A stretch of 47,884 nt of DNA from Escherichia phage ZL19. A program made the translations under genes and the position numbers. This document shows, in pieces, positions 8,289 to 17,269 of the stretch (position 1 is its first letter; each line of letters opens with the position of its first letter). The notes under the pieces are model-generated. The model was given only the letters and a program-made list of their open reading frames with translations, made no database searches and was not told where the DNA came from. Location: sequence record OM258170. One strand, given 5' to 3'.

Positions 8289-8645
8289 ATGGCACGCACT
8301 TCAAAGGCTGTATATCTTGGCAACAACGATGATGTGTATTATGGCTTCACCGTAGGTAAGGAATATGAGATTGTATCGTATACTGATGATGACCTCATTC
8401 TGATCGTTGATGATGATGGCGAATGCCGTGGCATCAATAACGGGGCATTCCACAAGTTCGAACTCTCAGTAACAGAATGCGCAGCCGCAGCCACTGGCAA
8501 TAATAAAAGACCGGATCTCAGATATTACATAAACGGGCATGAGGTTGACATGATTGAGTTCGAAAATGTGCGCTATAAGGTGGATCAGCTTGATGAGGAT
8601 GGCGTAAAATGCGACACAATAAAGTTCGAGGTAAAATTCGAGTAA
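8289..8645 (+). CDS. hypothetical protein with internal duplication (moron-like)
   Basis: Own promoter module and terminator, inserted between TerL and portal; acidic D/E-D-G-x-x-C repeat. Confidence 0.45.
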   Translation: MARTSKAVYLGNNDDVYYGFTVGKEYEIVSYTDDDLILIVDDDGECRGINNGAFHKFELSVTECAAAATGNNKRPDLRYYINGHEVDMIEFENVRYKVDQLDEDGVKCDTIKFEVKFE

Positions 8646-8666
8646 CCACAAAAGCTATGATAAACT

Positions 8667-8689
8667 AGCCCCTACATGGGGCTTTTTTA
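8667..8689 (+). terminator. intrinsic terminator
   Basis: AGCCCC-TACAT-GGGGC hairpin plus T6. Confidence 0.65.
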
Positions 8690-8701
8690 TTGGAGAAAAA
8701 C

Positions 8702-9970
8702 ATGGTCAAGACAGACAGCTACGCCAATATCTTTCTCGGCGGTAGTGATGGTAGTGAGATTTACGGGAGCTTGCAGAACCAGGCTCCTACAATTCTGGCT
8801 TCGCTATATGCGGACAATGCTCTGGTGCGTCGAATTATCGACACAATCCCGGAGACAGCATTGGCGGCAGGATTCCATATTGACGGCATTGATGACGAAC
8901 CTGCATTCTGGTCGAGATGGGATGATTTGGAGATGACGCAGAATATCAACGATGCCTGGTCATGGGCCAGATTGTTCGGTGGGGCTGCTATTGTCGCTAT
9001 CGTCAAGGACAATAGAGCATTAACAAGCCCCGCCAGGGAAGGCGCTGAGCTTGAAACCGTTCGCGTTTACGACCGCACTCAAGTGAAAGTTCAGACTCGC
9101 GAGGAGAATCCGCGCAACGCACGTTTTGGTAAGCCATTAACCTATCGCATCACAACTAATGAGAGCGATATGTTCTATGATGTTCATTACAGCCGCATTC
9201 ATATCATCGATGGCGAGCGAATCCCTAACGTAATGCGTCGGCAAAATGACGGCTGGGGCCGTAGCGTTCTATCCAGTGACATTCTTGACTCAATCAAGGA
9301 TTACACCAACTGTGAACGACTTGCTACGCAATTACTGAAACGTAAGCAGCAAGCGGTATGGAAAGCCAAAGGTCTGGCTGAACTGTGTGATGATAGCGAA
9401 GGATTTGGTGCAGCAAGATTACGCCTGGCCCAGGTTGACAACAATAGCGGTGTTGGTCAGGCGATTGGCATTGACGCAGAATCTGAAGAGTACAGCGTTC
9501 TAAACTCTGATATTGGCGGCATCGACGCGTTTCTGGATAAGAAGTTCGATAGAATCGTTGCTCTGAGCGGCATTCATGAAATCATCCTGAAGAACAAGAA
9601 CGTTGGAGGGGTATCATCAAGCCAGAATACGGCACTGGAGACATTCCACAAGCTGGTTGACCGCAAGCGCAATGCTGAGTTGCTCCCTATTCTTGAGTTC
9701 TTGATCCCGTTCATCGCGAACGCAGAAGAGTGGTCAGTTGAGTTTAATCCGTTGGCTCAGGAATCAAGCAAGGATAAGGCCGAGATTCTTGAGAAGAACG
9801 CAAACAGCATTGCGGCACTAATTGCGGCAGGCGCTATGGATATCGACGAGGCTCGTGATACACTACGAACTATAGCCCCAGAGGTTAAGATCAATGATGG
9901 TTCAGTAGAGACAAAGGTGACAATTAGTGAAACCAGTAACGACCCGTTGGAAGTACCCACAGACAATTGA
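8702..9970 (+). CDS. portal protein (putative)
   Basis: ~420 aa ORF after TerL; track ORF starts at TTG 8690, ATG 8702 has GGAGA RBS. Confidence 0.65.
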   Translation: MVKTDSYANIFLGGSDGSEIYGSLQNQAPTILASLYADNALVRRIIDTIPETALAAGFHIDGIDDEPAFWSRWDDLEMTQNINDAWSWARLFGGAAIVAIVKDNRALTSPAREGAELETVRVYDRTQVKVQTREENPRNARFGKPLTYRITTNESDMFYDVHYSRIHIIDGERIPNVMRRQNDGWGRSVLSSDILDSIKDYTNCERLATQLLKRKQQAVWKAKGLAELCDDSEGFGAARLRLAQVDNNSGVGQAIGIDAESEEYSVLNSDIGGIDAFLDKKFDRIVALSGIHEIILKNKNVGGVSSSQNTALETFHKLVDRKRNAELLPILEFLIPFIANAEEWSVEFNPLAQESSKDKAEILEKNANSIAALIAAGAMDIDEARDTLRTIAPEVKINDGSVETKVTISETSNDPLEVPTDN

Positions 9971-10655
9971 GAGCCAGGTTAACCGCAATCTCAGTATTGC
10001 GGTAACTGAGTTAATTTCGGCAATGAGGGAGTCTGCAACAAGGCTTAAAATTGATACTGCAGATGAGCTTGAGGAAGAGGATGGATACCTTGACGGGATA
10101 ATTGCGGCGCTGGTGGCGTCATTTATATCAACCATCCCAGCTATAGGGGCAGCAATATACAGATACAATAGTTCGCAATTTCTTGTTCTTGCAATCAAGA
10201 CTGGAGGGAGATCTAATCCTAGCGTTCTAGACCTTGAATTTAACGGAATAAATGGCGATGAGCCGTGGTATAATGATGACCTCAAGAAGTGGATTTACAC
10301 CACGGATAAGTCAGCCAGAAAACTGCTAAACAACATCAAGGATGATTTCTTACAGACGGCTGCAACAATACAGAATGGTGACTACGTTAAGCTATCTGAC
10401 AGGTACAAAATCTACAGGAAGCGAACAGCAAACATTGCTTCTGGGATTGTTTCAAGCCTAAACTCGACACTCATGAGGCGCAGGCTTGAGGATGCTGGTG
10501 TTAGCCGCTATATCTGGCATGGCATGCTAGATGAGAGGGAGCGCCAATCACACATAGCAAGAGAAGGCCTTAGCTTTAAACTTGGTGGGGCAGATATATT
10601 TCCGGGCCAAGAGTACGGCTGTCGTTGCTGGTCAGTTCCAGATTGGGAATCATAA
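9927..10655 (+). CDS. head morphogenesis protein (Mu F / SPP1 gp7-like)
   Basis: C-terminal DERERQSHIA-type motif; overlaps portal 3' end; GTG start. Confidence 0.6.
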   Translation: MKPVTTRWKYPQTIESQVNRNLSIAVTELISAMRESATRLKIDTADELEEEDGYLDGIIAALVASFISTIPAIGAAIYRYNSSQFLVLAIKTGGRSNPSVLDLEFNGINGDEPWYNDDLKKWIYTTDKSARKLLNNIKDDFLQTAATIQNGDYVKLSDRYKIYRKRTANIASGIVSSLNSTLMRRRLEDAGVSRYIWHGMLDERERQSHIAREGLSFKLGGADIFPGQEYGCRCWSVPDWES

Positions 10656-10668
10656 TAGGAGAGTTTAA

Positions 10669-11757
10669 ATGAGTAAAATCCGCTATGACAGCGCAAAGTT
10701 TAAGGCAACAATCGACGAGAATGGATTCTTAGTCGACACACCAGTAGTCGCACGTCTCGGCGTGCAAGTCTACTACATGGAGGACGGTCGCACCGTTCGA
10801 GAGTTTCGTCCAGCAGAGGAGGTTTTCAAGTATGAGTCTCTGGCAAGTTACCAGGGCAAGCCAATGACGCTGGACCACGTCTTCGTTAACTCGGAGAATG
10901 CTAAAGACGTAGTGGTAGGTTCCGTTACTGGCAAGGCTGAACCATTGGGTAGCTCGGTCGTTGCTCCGATTGTTGTTTACGACAACACGGCCATTCAGGA
11001 AGCTATGGCAGGTAACGCCAAAGAGTTATCGGTTGGGTACTCCGCAGTTCTTGATGAGACCCCTGGCTGGGGCGACCCTATTACTGGCGAGTATGTACTT
11101 AAATCTGATGGTGAGCAATTCGATGCGCCTGAAGGATGGCAGGAGTTCGACGCAATTCAGCGTGACATTAAAGTTAACCATCTCGCAATGGTATATCGCG
11201 GTCGCGCAGGTATTGCCAAATTGAATATGGACGGTGAGCAGGAAAACCCGTATACTACTGACGTTGATATCAATAAAGAGGATAAACAGGAAATGACAGT
11301 TAAAATTAAACTCGACGGCGCGCAGGAATTTGAAGTCGCACCGGAAATCGCTTCTCACATCGAAGCGCTGAACGCAAAGGCTGACACTGCAATCGCAGAA
11401 CGCGATGCACTGAAAGCTAAAGTAGATGCAATCCCCTCTGAAATCGAGGCTGCTGTTGCTAAAGCGAAAGCTGATGCTGATGCTCTGGCTGCTCTGGTTG
11501 CTGTTGCTGCTGAAGCTGGTGTGAAAGCTGATGGTCTGGACGCTAAAGGCATCAAGATTGCTTACGTTAAAGAAGTCTCCGGCCTTGATGTTGCTGAGAA
11601 ATCTGACGCGTACATCGACGCAGCGTTCGACATTGCCAAAGAATCTGATAAAATGGCTGAAGTACGTAAAGCGACTACCGCTTCCGACAAATCTGACAGC
11701 GCCGATGAGCCTAAGAAATTAGACCCGCGTGCTCGTTTAGCTAAAATCAAGAAATAA
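10669..11757 (+). CDS. scaffolding protein, possibly with N-terminal prohead-protease-like domain
   Basis: C-terminal Ala/Lys/Glu-rich coiled-coil; N-terminal ~200 aa globular region; position before capsid gene. Confidence 0.5.
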   Translation: MSKIRYDSAKFKATIDENGFLVDTPVVARLGVQVYYMEDGRTVREFRPAEEVFKYESLASYQGKPMTLDHVFVNSENAKDVVVGSVTGKAEPLGSSVVAPIVVYDNTAIQEAMAGNAKELSVGYSAVLDETPGWGDPITGEYVLKSDGEQFDAPEGWQEFDAIQRDIKVNHLAMVYRGRAGIAKLNMDGEQENPYTTDVDINKEDKQEMTVKIKLDGAQEFEVAPEIASHIEALNAKADTAIAERDALKAKVDAIPSEIEAAVAKAKADADALAALVAVAAEAGVKADGLDAKGIKIAYVKEVSGLDVAEKSDAYIDAAFDIAKESDKMAEVRKATTASDKSDSADEPKKLDPRARLAKIKK

Positions 11758-11769
11758 GGAGTTATAAAC

Positions 11770-12249
11770 ATGGCAATTCGTTCTGTAGCACTCGCTGGTA
11801 TGATTTCTGATACCTCTCTGTATAACATCGACGGCGCATGTGTAGTTGGCGGCACTACTGCAATTCCAGTTGGGACTGTTGTTGGTGCGTCAGTGCCTGC
11901 TGATGAGCGCCTGGCTGGTCACAAGGTGATTGCAGCCACTGGCATCACTGCTGATAATGTTTACGGTGTGGTTGTTCGCTCTCATTACGAGACTCCTGAT
12001 GGGGCTGCTAAACCGCAAGAAGCTGTTAACGTGATGACACATGGTCGAATCTGGGTTCGCACCAGCCTTACTGCCGCGCCTACATTTGGTGCCCCAGTTC
12101 TTGTATCTGCCACTGGACTGGTTGAATCAGCAGGTGCAGTTGAGACTGGTTGGACTTTTGCAGGTGGTTACATCGCAAACACTGGCACAGACCCACAAAA
12201 CCTGAGCGTTGATGGCGCCCTGGTTGAAGTTCAGGTCAAGCAGAAGTAA
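11770..12249 (+). CDS. head structural/decoration protein (putative)
   Basis: Gly/Ala/Val-rich 159-aa ORF between scaffold and capsid genes. Confidence 0.4.
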   Translation: MAIRSVALAGMISDTSLYNIDGACVVGGTTAIPVGTVVGASVPADERLAGHKVIAATGITADNVYGVVVRSHYETPDGAAKPQEAVNVMTHGRIWVRTSLTAAPTFGAPVLVSATGLVESAGAVETGWTFAGGYIANTGTDPQNLSVDGALVEVQVKQK

Positions 12250-12266
12250 ATATTAAAGCTAAATTA

Positions 12267-12290
12267 AAGCCTCCTTCGGGAGGTTTTTTA
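12267..12290 (+). terminator. intrinsic terminator
   Basis: GCCTCC-TTCG-GGAGGT hairpin plus T6. Confidence 0.65.
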
Positions 12291-12614
12291 TTACCCATAA
12301 TCTGTTAGACTTATTATGTCTATTAACCAATCAGGAGATTAAGATGGATAGCGAATTAAGAGCAGCGCCCTAACACTTGGCGCCAGCTCTGCAGGACTTG
12401 GCTTGAGGACCGTTCACTACACGATAAAAGAGTGGGGTTCAAGATACATAGTGGAAATAGATATAACTCAACATGGAAGGGTTGGTGATTCTTCAATCCC
12501 AATTCAGGTAAGGATGGCATCTTATAAGTACTAACAAAGAGCCCACCATTGCGTGGGCTAAAAACTCGTGTATAATGAATCCGTAAACACATAACCGAAA
12601 AGGAACAACAAAGA

Positions 12615-13559
12615 ATGGCCATTAAATTTGATGCAGAACAAGCAAAAATCACCGCTCACCTCGAGCAAATGGGCGTAGAGAAAGCCGACGCCGCTGGTAT
12701 CTGGACTGTTAAGCAGCTTACCGCAACTCTGAATCGTGCTTACGAAAAAGAGTATGCAGACAATTCTGTTGTTAATATCTTCCCTGTAACCAATGAAATT
12801 CCTGGTCACGCGAAGTATTTCGAATACCCAGAGTTTGATGGTGTTGGTATCGCGCAGATTATCGCTGATTACTCTGATGACCTGCCGCTGGTTGATGCTT
12901 TCATGACCGAGAAACAAGGTAAAGTGTTCCGTTTCGGTAACGCATTCCTGATTTCTACTGATGAAATTAAAGCAGGCGCTGCAACTGGTCAGCCTCTGTC
13001 AGCTCGCAAGCAGGCACTGGCTTTCGAAGCGCACGACAACCTGCTGGATAAACTGGTTTGGTCTGGTTCCGCTCCCCACGGTATCGTAAGCGTATTCGAT
13101 CAGCCGAACATCAACAACGTTGTCGCAACACCAGACTGGAGTGCCCCGCAGAACGCAATTAATGACGTTACCGCAATGATTGACGCAGTTGAGACTTCAA
13201 CTCAGGGCTTCCATCATGTAACTGACATTCTGCTTCCGGCATCTGCCCGTCGAGTAATGCAGCGCCTTGTTCCGAATACAACTCTGAGCTACGGCGAGCT
13301 ATTCACTCGTAACAACCCAGGTATGACCATTCGTTTCATGCAGTTCCTGGACAACTACGATGGCGCAGGTGGTAAAGCTGCTCTGGCGTTTGAGAAGGAT
13401 CCGCTCAATATGTCCATTGAGATTCCAGAGGTTACCAACGTACTTCCGGCCCAACCTAAAGATCTGCATTTCCGCTACCCTGTAACATCAAAGGCTACAG
13501 GATTGATTGTTTATCGTCCGCTGACGATGGCTGTAATCAAAGGCATCACCTTTGCATAA
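12615..13559 (+). CDS. major capsid protein (putative)
   Basis: 314-aa ORF with GGAACAACAAAGA RBS, positioned after scaffold and followed by strong terminator. Confidence 0.65.
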   Translation: MAIKFDAEQAKITAHLEQMGVEKADAAGIWTVKQLTATLNRAYEKEYADNSVVNIFPVTNEIPGHAKYFEYPEFDGVGIAQIIADYSDDLPLVDAFMTEKQGKVFRFGNAFLISTDEIKAGAATGQPLSARKQALAFEAHDNLLDKLVWSGSAPHGIVSVFDQPNINNVVATPDWSAPQNAINDVTAMIDAVETSTQGFHHVTDILLPASARRVMQRLVPNTTLSYGELFTRNNPGMTIRFMQFLDNYDGAGGKAALAFEKDPLNMSIEIPEVTNVLPAQPKDLHFRYPVTSKATGLIVYRPLTMAVIKGITFA

Positions 13560-13563
13560 TAAA

Positions 13564-13588
13564 TCGCCCTCTTCGGAGGGCTTTTTTA
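13564..13588 (+). terminator. intrinsic terminator
   Basis: GCCCTC-TTCG-GAGGGC hairpin plus T6. Confidence 0.7.
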
Positions 13589-13651
13589 CGCCTGTACCAA
13601 ATGGAATTGTTGGGTTATAATCACCCAATCAGATAAACAAAGGAGACAAAG

Positions 13652-13897
13652 ATGATTAGTTTAGAACACACTGGTGCTTGCCTTATCGTTTACAAGGGTG
13701 AGAAATATTTGCCTGGTGACACTTTCGAGGTTGACGTAATTTGCGACGGCCTTAAGCGTTTAATCGCAGAGGGCAAGCTCACTATCGAAGGTGACGCCAA
13801 AACAACCAAGCAGATCGCGCAAGAAGTTATTAGCAAGAAAAAGCGCAAAGAACCGAAAACTATCTCCGAAGCTGAGACCGGTAACGAGTACAAATAA
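13652..13897 (+). CDS. hypothetical protein (81 aa, Lys-rich C-terminus)
   Basis: ORF with AAAGGAGA RBS. Confidence 0.4.
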   Translation: MISLEHTGACLIVYKGEKYLPGDTFEVDVICDGLKRLIAEGKLTIEGDAKTTKQIAQEVISKKKRKEPKTISEAETGNEYK

Positions 13898-13902
13898 CAA
13901 AC

Positions 13903-13922
13903 AGGGCGCTTCGGCGTCCTTT
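13903..13922 (+). terminator. intrinsic terminator (weak T-run)
   Basis: AGGGCGC-TTCG-GCGTCCT hairpin. Confidence 0.45.
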
Positions 13923-13938
13923 ATTGTATGGAGCTAAT

Positions 13939-14340
13939 ATGAATGATGAAATCTTGGCGTTTATGCGATCGCTTGTTCCTGCGCTCAAGGCAGTGGATGA
14001 TGAATCAATTAATGTGTGGATCGATTTGGCGCGTCTCTACGTATGTGCGGATAAGTTTGGTAATGATGCAGATCGCGCTGTGGGCCTTTATGCACTACAC
14101 CTGATGCTTTCTGATGGCGCATTTAAGGGGGAGAATGAAGGCTTGGAAACATACAGTCGTAGAATGGCAAGTTACGCACTGAGCGGTGAGTTCTCTATCA
14201 CTTATGATAATCAATCAGCAATCCAGGGTGACTTATCATCTTCCTCTTGGGGTCGCATGTACAAGGCACTTCTCCGCAAGAAAGGCGGCGGATTTGGATT
14301 GATTACTTCCGCTGCTGGCGGTGGGTGCGGTTGCCGATGA
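13939..14340 (+). CDS. head-tail connector/adaptor protein (putative)
   Basis: Track ORF 13924 starts at TTG; ATG 13939 after GGAG; position after capsid. Confidence 0.45.
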   Translation: MNDEILAFMRSLVPALKAVDDESINVWIDLARLYVCADKFGNDADRAVGLYALHLMLSDGAFKGENEGLETYSRRMASYALSGEFSITYDNQSAIQGDLSSSSWGRMYKALLRKKGGGFGLITSAAGGGCGCR

Positions 14341-14708
14341 ACTACAATGAAATCGAATCAATCACTCGCGCTGGCATTAACTTCTTTAGTGATGCCAATG
14401 GCGTTTACGAGATGAGCACTGGCGCTGGGTATGTTGAAATCGTTAACGGAGTTGAGGTTGAGGTTCCAGCAAGAAAATTCCAACTAAAGGGTTTGGTGCG
14501 AGAGATCAAGACTCGCGATATCGATGGCGAGTTTATCCAGTTTGGCGATAAGCGCGGAATCTTCACGGCCCAGGTAGAAATCAAGCAGGGTTATCAGATT
14601 AAAGTCGATGGTGAGACTTTTGTTGTTGTTGACCCGCGCCCCGTTAAACCAACAGGGACGACTGTTGGTTATCGTCCGATTCTTCGCAGGGTGGCTACTT
14701 ATGGCTAG
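14337..14708 (+). CDS. head-tail joining protein (putative)
   Basis: ATGA overlap with upstream gene; track ORF 14247 trimmed. Confidence 0.4.
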   Translation: MNYNEIESITRAGINFFSDANGVYEMSTGAGYVEIVNGVEVEVPARKFQLKGLVREIKTRDIDGEFIQFGDKRGIFTAQVEIKQGYQIKVDGETFVVVDPRPVKPTGTTVGYRPILRRVATYG

Positions 14709-15138
14709 AAACATGGGGAGTGTAGTTACGTTTGAGAAATCTATTGCTGACTGGATTGACAGAGCGGAGGATGGTTTTGGGATTGTGGTATCCAATACGG
14801 TTATCAAGACAGCAAACGCAATTGTTGACCTTTCACCCGTCGATACCGGCAGATTCAAGGCTAACTGGCAAATCTCCGCAAACTCACCAGCTCAGCAGTC
14901 ACTCAATGAGTACGACCAGACTGGCGGCCAGACCAAAACATATCTCGCCAGACAGGCTAGAGCGGTTGCCAACTCAAAAGCTACAAGTGTTATTTATATC
15001 ACCAATCGACTTGATTACGCGGTCGACCTTGAATACGGAGCTTCAAGCCAGGCTCCAGCTGGCGTTTTAGGTGTGGTGCAAGCAAGGCTGGGTAGGTATT
15101 TCCAGGAAGCAGTAGAGGAGGCTCGCCGTGCAATATGA
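14701..15138 (+). CDS. neck/tail component (putative)
   Basis: Track ORF 14608 trimmed to ATG overlapping upstream stop. Confidence 0.4.
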   Translation: MARNMGSVVTFEKSIADWIDRAEDGFGIVVSNTVIKTANAIVDLSPVDTGRFKANWQISANSPAQQSLNEYDQTGGQTKTYLARQARAVANSKATSVIYITNRLDYAVDLEYGASSQAPAGVLGVVQARLGRYFQEAVEEARRAI

Positions 15139-15529
15139 ATTATCATTAGCAGCAAGGAAATTCGTCAACGATTTGTTGGTAAATGAATTTCCTGTCAGAT
15201 ATCCAGTTGCTTGGGAGAACGCTGCCTTTGCGCCTCCTGCGGACGGCTCAATCTGGCTTAAGTACGACTACACAGAAGTTGACACAGTAACATACGGGTT
15301 AAGCAGGAAGTGCAAATACTACGTTGGCATGGTGCAGATTTCAGTGTTCTTCAGTCCGGGGACTGGGATTGATAAGCCGAGACAAATAGCTAATCAATTG
15401 GCAGAATCTATCGTTGATGGTACAATGCTTGACAGCGGGACCATTTATGAGTCTGGAGTTGTTAACCCGGTTATCAAATCCAAGTCTGGGTGGTTTATCC
15501 CGGTTCGTTTTTATGTTCGTCTAGACTAA
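15128..15529 (+). CDS. tail completion/terminator protein (putative)
   Basis: 133-aa ORF overlapping upstream gene, precedes major tail gene. Confidence 0.4.
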   Translation: MQYELSLAARKFVNDLLVNEFPVRYPVAWENAAFAPPADGSIWLKYDYTEVDTVTYGLSRKCKYYVGMVQISVFFSPGTGIDKPRQIANQLAESIVDGTMLDSGTIYESGVVNPVIKSKSGWFIPVRFYVRLD

Positions 15530-15544
15530 CAAAAGGAAAAATAC

Positions 15545-16201
15545 ATGGCCCATCTCAGCAATGGCACGCAGGTCTTCGTAGAAGGCTCTCGCGGAGCTGC
15601 AATCGACGTAACTGCAATTTCTAACGCAGTTACCCCTGTTTTAACTGTATCTGACGCGTCTGGTTTGGTCGTTGGTGATTACCTGCTTTTCACCTCTTCT
15701 GCTTCAACGCTTCTAGCTGACAAGCAAGTTCGAGTGACTGCAATCACTGGTACGTCAGTAACTGTTGAAGGTATTGATACCTCCAGCACCACAAAGTTCC
15801 CGGCTGGCTTAACTGGTGAAGTTGTCAAGATCACCTCCTGGTTCGAAGTTCCGTGCGTTCAGGACGTATCTACTGACGGTGGCGAACAGCAATTCGTTAA
15901 CTTCCAGTGCTTGTCCGATGACCGCGAACAGCAGATTCCGACTTATAAATCTGCGGTAACAAACACCTTCACCTTTGCTCACGAGTACACCAACCCGGTC
16001 TATCCGGTTCTGCGTAAATACGATGAGTCTGGCCAGGTTGTCGCGATTCGTCTGTTCGTACCTCGCGCTCAGGAAATGCGTTTGCAGTCCGGCACTATCG
16101 CTTTCAACGACACCCCTACCATTGGTGTTAACGAAATCGAAACGGTATCCATCGCAGTATCAATTCGTGGTCGCCTGTCCTCTGTGGCAGCTGAAGTTTA
16201 A
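15545..16201 (+). CDS. major tail protein
   Basis: 218-aa ORF with AAGGA RBS, followed by strong terminator, upstream of chaperones and tape measure. Confidence 0.6.
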   Translation: MAHLSNGTQVFVEGSRGAAIDVTAISNAVTPVLTVSDASGLVVGDYLLFTSSASTLLADKQVRVTAITGTSVTVEGIDTSSTTKFPAGLTGEVVKITSWFEVPCVQDVSTDGGEQQFVNFQCLSDDREQQIPTYKSAVTNTFTFAHEYTNPVYPVLRKYDESGQVVAIRLFVPRAQEMRLQSGTIAFNDTPTIGVNEIETVSIAVSIRGRLSSVAAEV

Positions 16202-16207
16202 AACACA

Positions 16208-16230
16208 AACCCTCTTCGGAGGGTTTTTTA
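16208..16230 (+). terminator. intrinsic terminator
   Basis: CCCTC-TTCG-GAGGG hairpin plus T6. Confidence 0.7.
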
Positions 16231-16235
16231 TTGCA

Positions 16236-16278
16236 TAGCACTTTTTGCTAAAGCACTTATTCAGCTTTACTGTATAGT
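16236..16278 (+). promoter_or_regulatory. palindrome-type promoter module
   Basis: TAGCACTTTTTGCTA 16236-16250; TG-TATAGT 16271-16278; CATCGAAACGAAATGAGAG leader. Confidence 0.55.
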
Positions 16279-16311
16279 TATCTCATCGAAACGAAATGAG
16301 AGATTAAAGAA

Positions 16312-16560
16312 ATGAATAACGTTAAAAACATCATCAAACTTGCTGCAGTTCTTGTTGCTTTTTATGCAGTAGTTCAGATTGTTAACCCAACTGGTGAGGC
16401 TGATGCCAATAGCAAGGCAAACAAATATACCGTTGAGTTCGCTAAAGCTGAGCGAGCATGTCAGGAGCTTGTGGGTAGTAAAGTTGACCAAATCATGAAA
16501 TATGGCAAAGAGGTCTGCAAGGACTCAGCTGCTAAGATTGCAAAAGAAAACACTAAGTAA
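16312..16560 (+). CDS. small secreted/membrane protein (moron-like)
   Basis: N-terminal hydrophobic segment; own promoter module between major tail and chaperone genes. Confidence 0.45.
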   Translation: MNNVKNIIKLAAVLVAFYAVVQIVNPTGEADANSKANKYTVEFAKAERACQELVGSKVDQIMKYGKEVCKDSAAKIAKENTK

Positions 16561-16599
16561 TAGAATACATACTCACAAACAATAAGAGGATTAACTAAG

Positions 16600-16914
16600 A
16601 TGGCTAAGTTCAAACTTTCACTGGCAGCACTCCCTGACTTCAAGCTTCCGGTAAAATTCAAGCTGGCTAACGACCAGGATGTAGAGGTTATCTTTACAGT
16701 CAAGCATAAGAAAACATCTGAGCTTCAGGAGCTTTTGCAGAAAGAAGACTTGAGTACTAAAGAATTGATTATGGCAATCGCCTCTGATTGGGATTTGGAA
16801 GAAGAATACAACGAGGATAACGTTAATGAGTTCTCCGACCTGTTCCCAGCGTCAACAGTTGCACTGACTACCGCTTACATGCAGGCACTGGCAGGCCAGC
16901 GGGTAAAAAACTAA
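16600..16914 (+). CDS. tail assembly chaperone (lambda G-like)
   Basis: Acidic 104-aa ORF immediately upstream of tape measure; ends at slippery site. Confidence 0.6.
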   Translation: MAKFKLSLAALPDFKLPVKFKLANDQDVEVIFTVKHKKTSELQELLQKEDLSTKELIMAIASDWDLEEEYNEDNVNEFSDLFPASTVALTTAYMQALAGQRVKN

Positions 16915-17234
16915 AGAGGGCGGTGTATCTACAGTACCAGTCAGATCCAACTGATGCCGAACTGGAAGCTATTGGGATGCGCCGCTCTGATTACGAAGAT
17001 GAAGAGCCTGAAGTTTTACACTTCGACGACAACATGATGAAGGCTTGGGACATTTATTGTTCAATGGCCACGCAATGGAGGGTTGGAGCTAACGGAGCTA
17101 CAGGGTTAGATTACAACGTGCTAAATTTCCTCTTTAGAGTGTATAATGTCTCAGAAGAAGAATTGGTGCTCAGTGATTTACGCATCCTTGAAGCTAAGGC
17201 TCTCGAGATGATGGATAATCTGAGAAAAAAATAA
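16600..17234 (+). CDS. tail assembly chaperone, frameshift-extended product (G-T-like)
   Basis: Predicted fusion of ORF 16600..16914 with -1 frame ORF ending 17234. Confidence 0.5.
16905..16911 (+). other. -1 programmed frameshift slippery heptamer A_AAA_AAC
   Basis: Heptamer 4 nt before G-frame stop; -1 frame is open from here through ORF 16923..17234. Confidence 0.6.
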
Positions 17235-17254
17235 CCCGCTTCGGCGGGTTTTCT
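17234..17254 (+). terminator. intrinsic terminator (short T-run)
   Basis: ACCCGC-TTCG-GCGGGT hairpin. Confidence 0.5.
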
Positions 17255-17269
17255 ATTATGGAGGCTTAG

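Noticed and set aside
12440-12470. GGGGTTCAAGA resembling a tRNA T-loop
   Set aside because: No compatible T-stem, acceptor stem or anticodon arm could be built around it.
12356-12917. Minus-strand track ORFs 12356..12652 and 12558..12917
   Set aside because: Antisense to the capsid gene and its upstream spacer, no RBS, Cys/Leu-rich artefactual translations.
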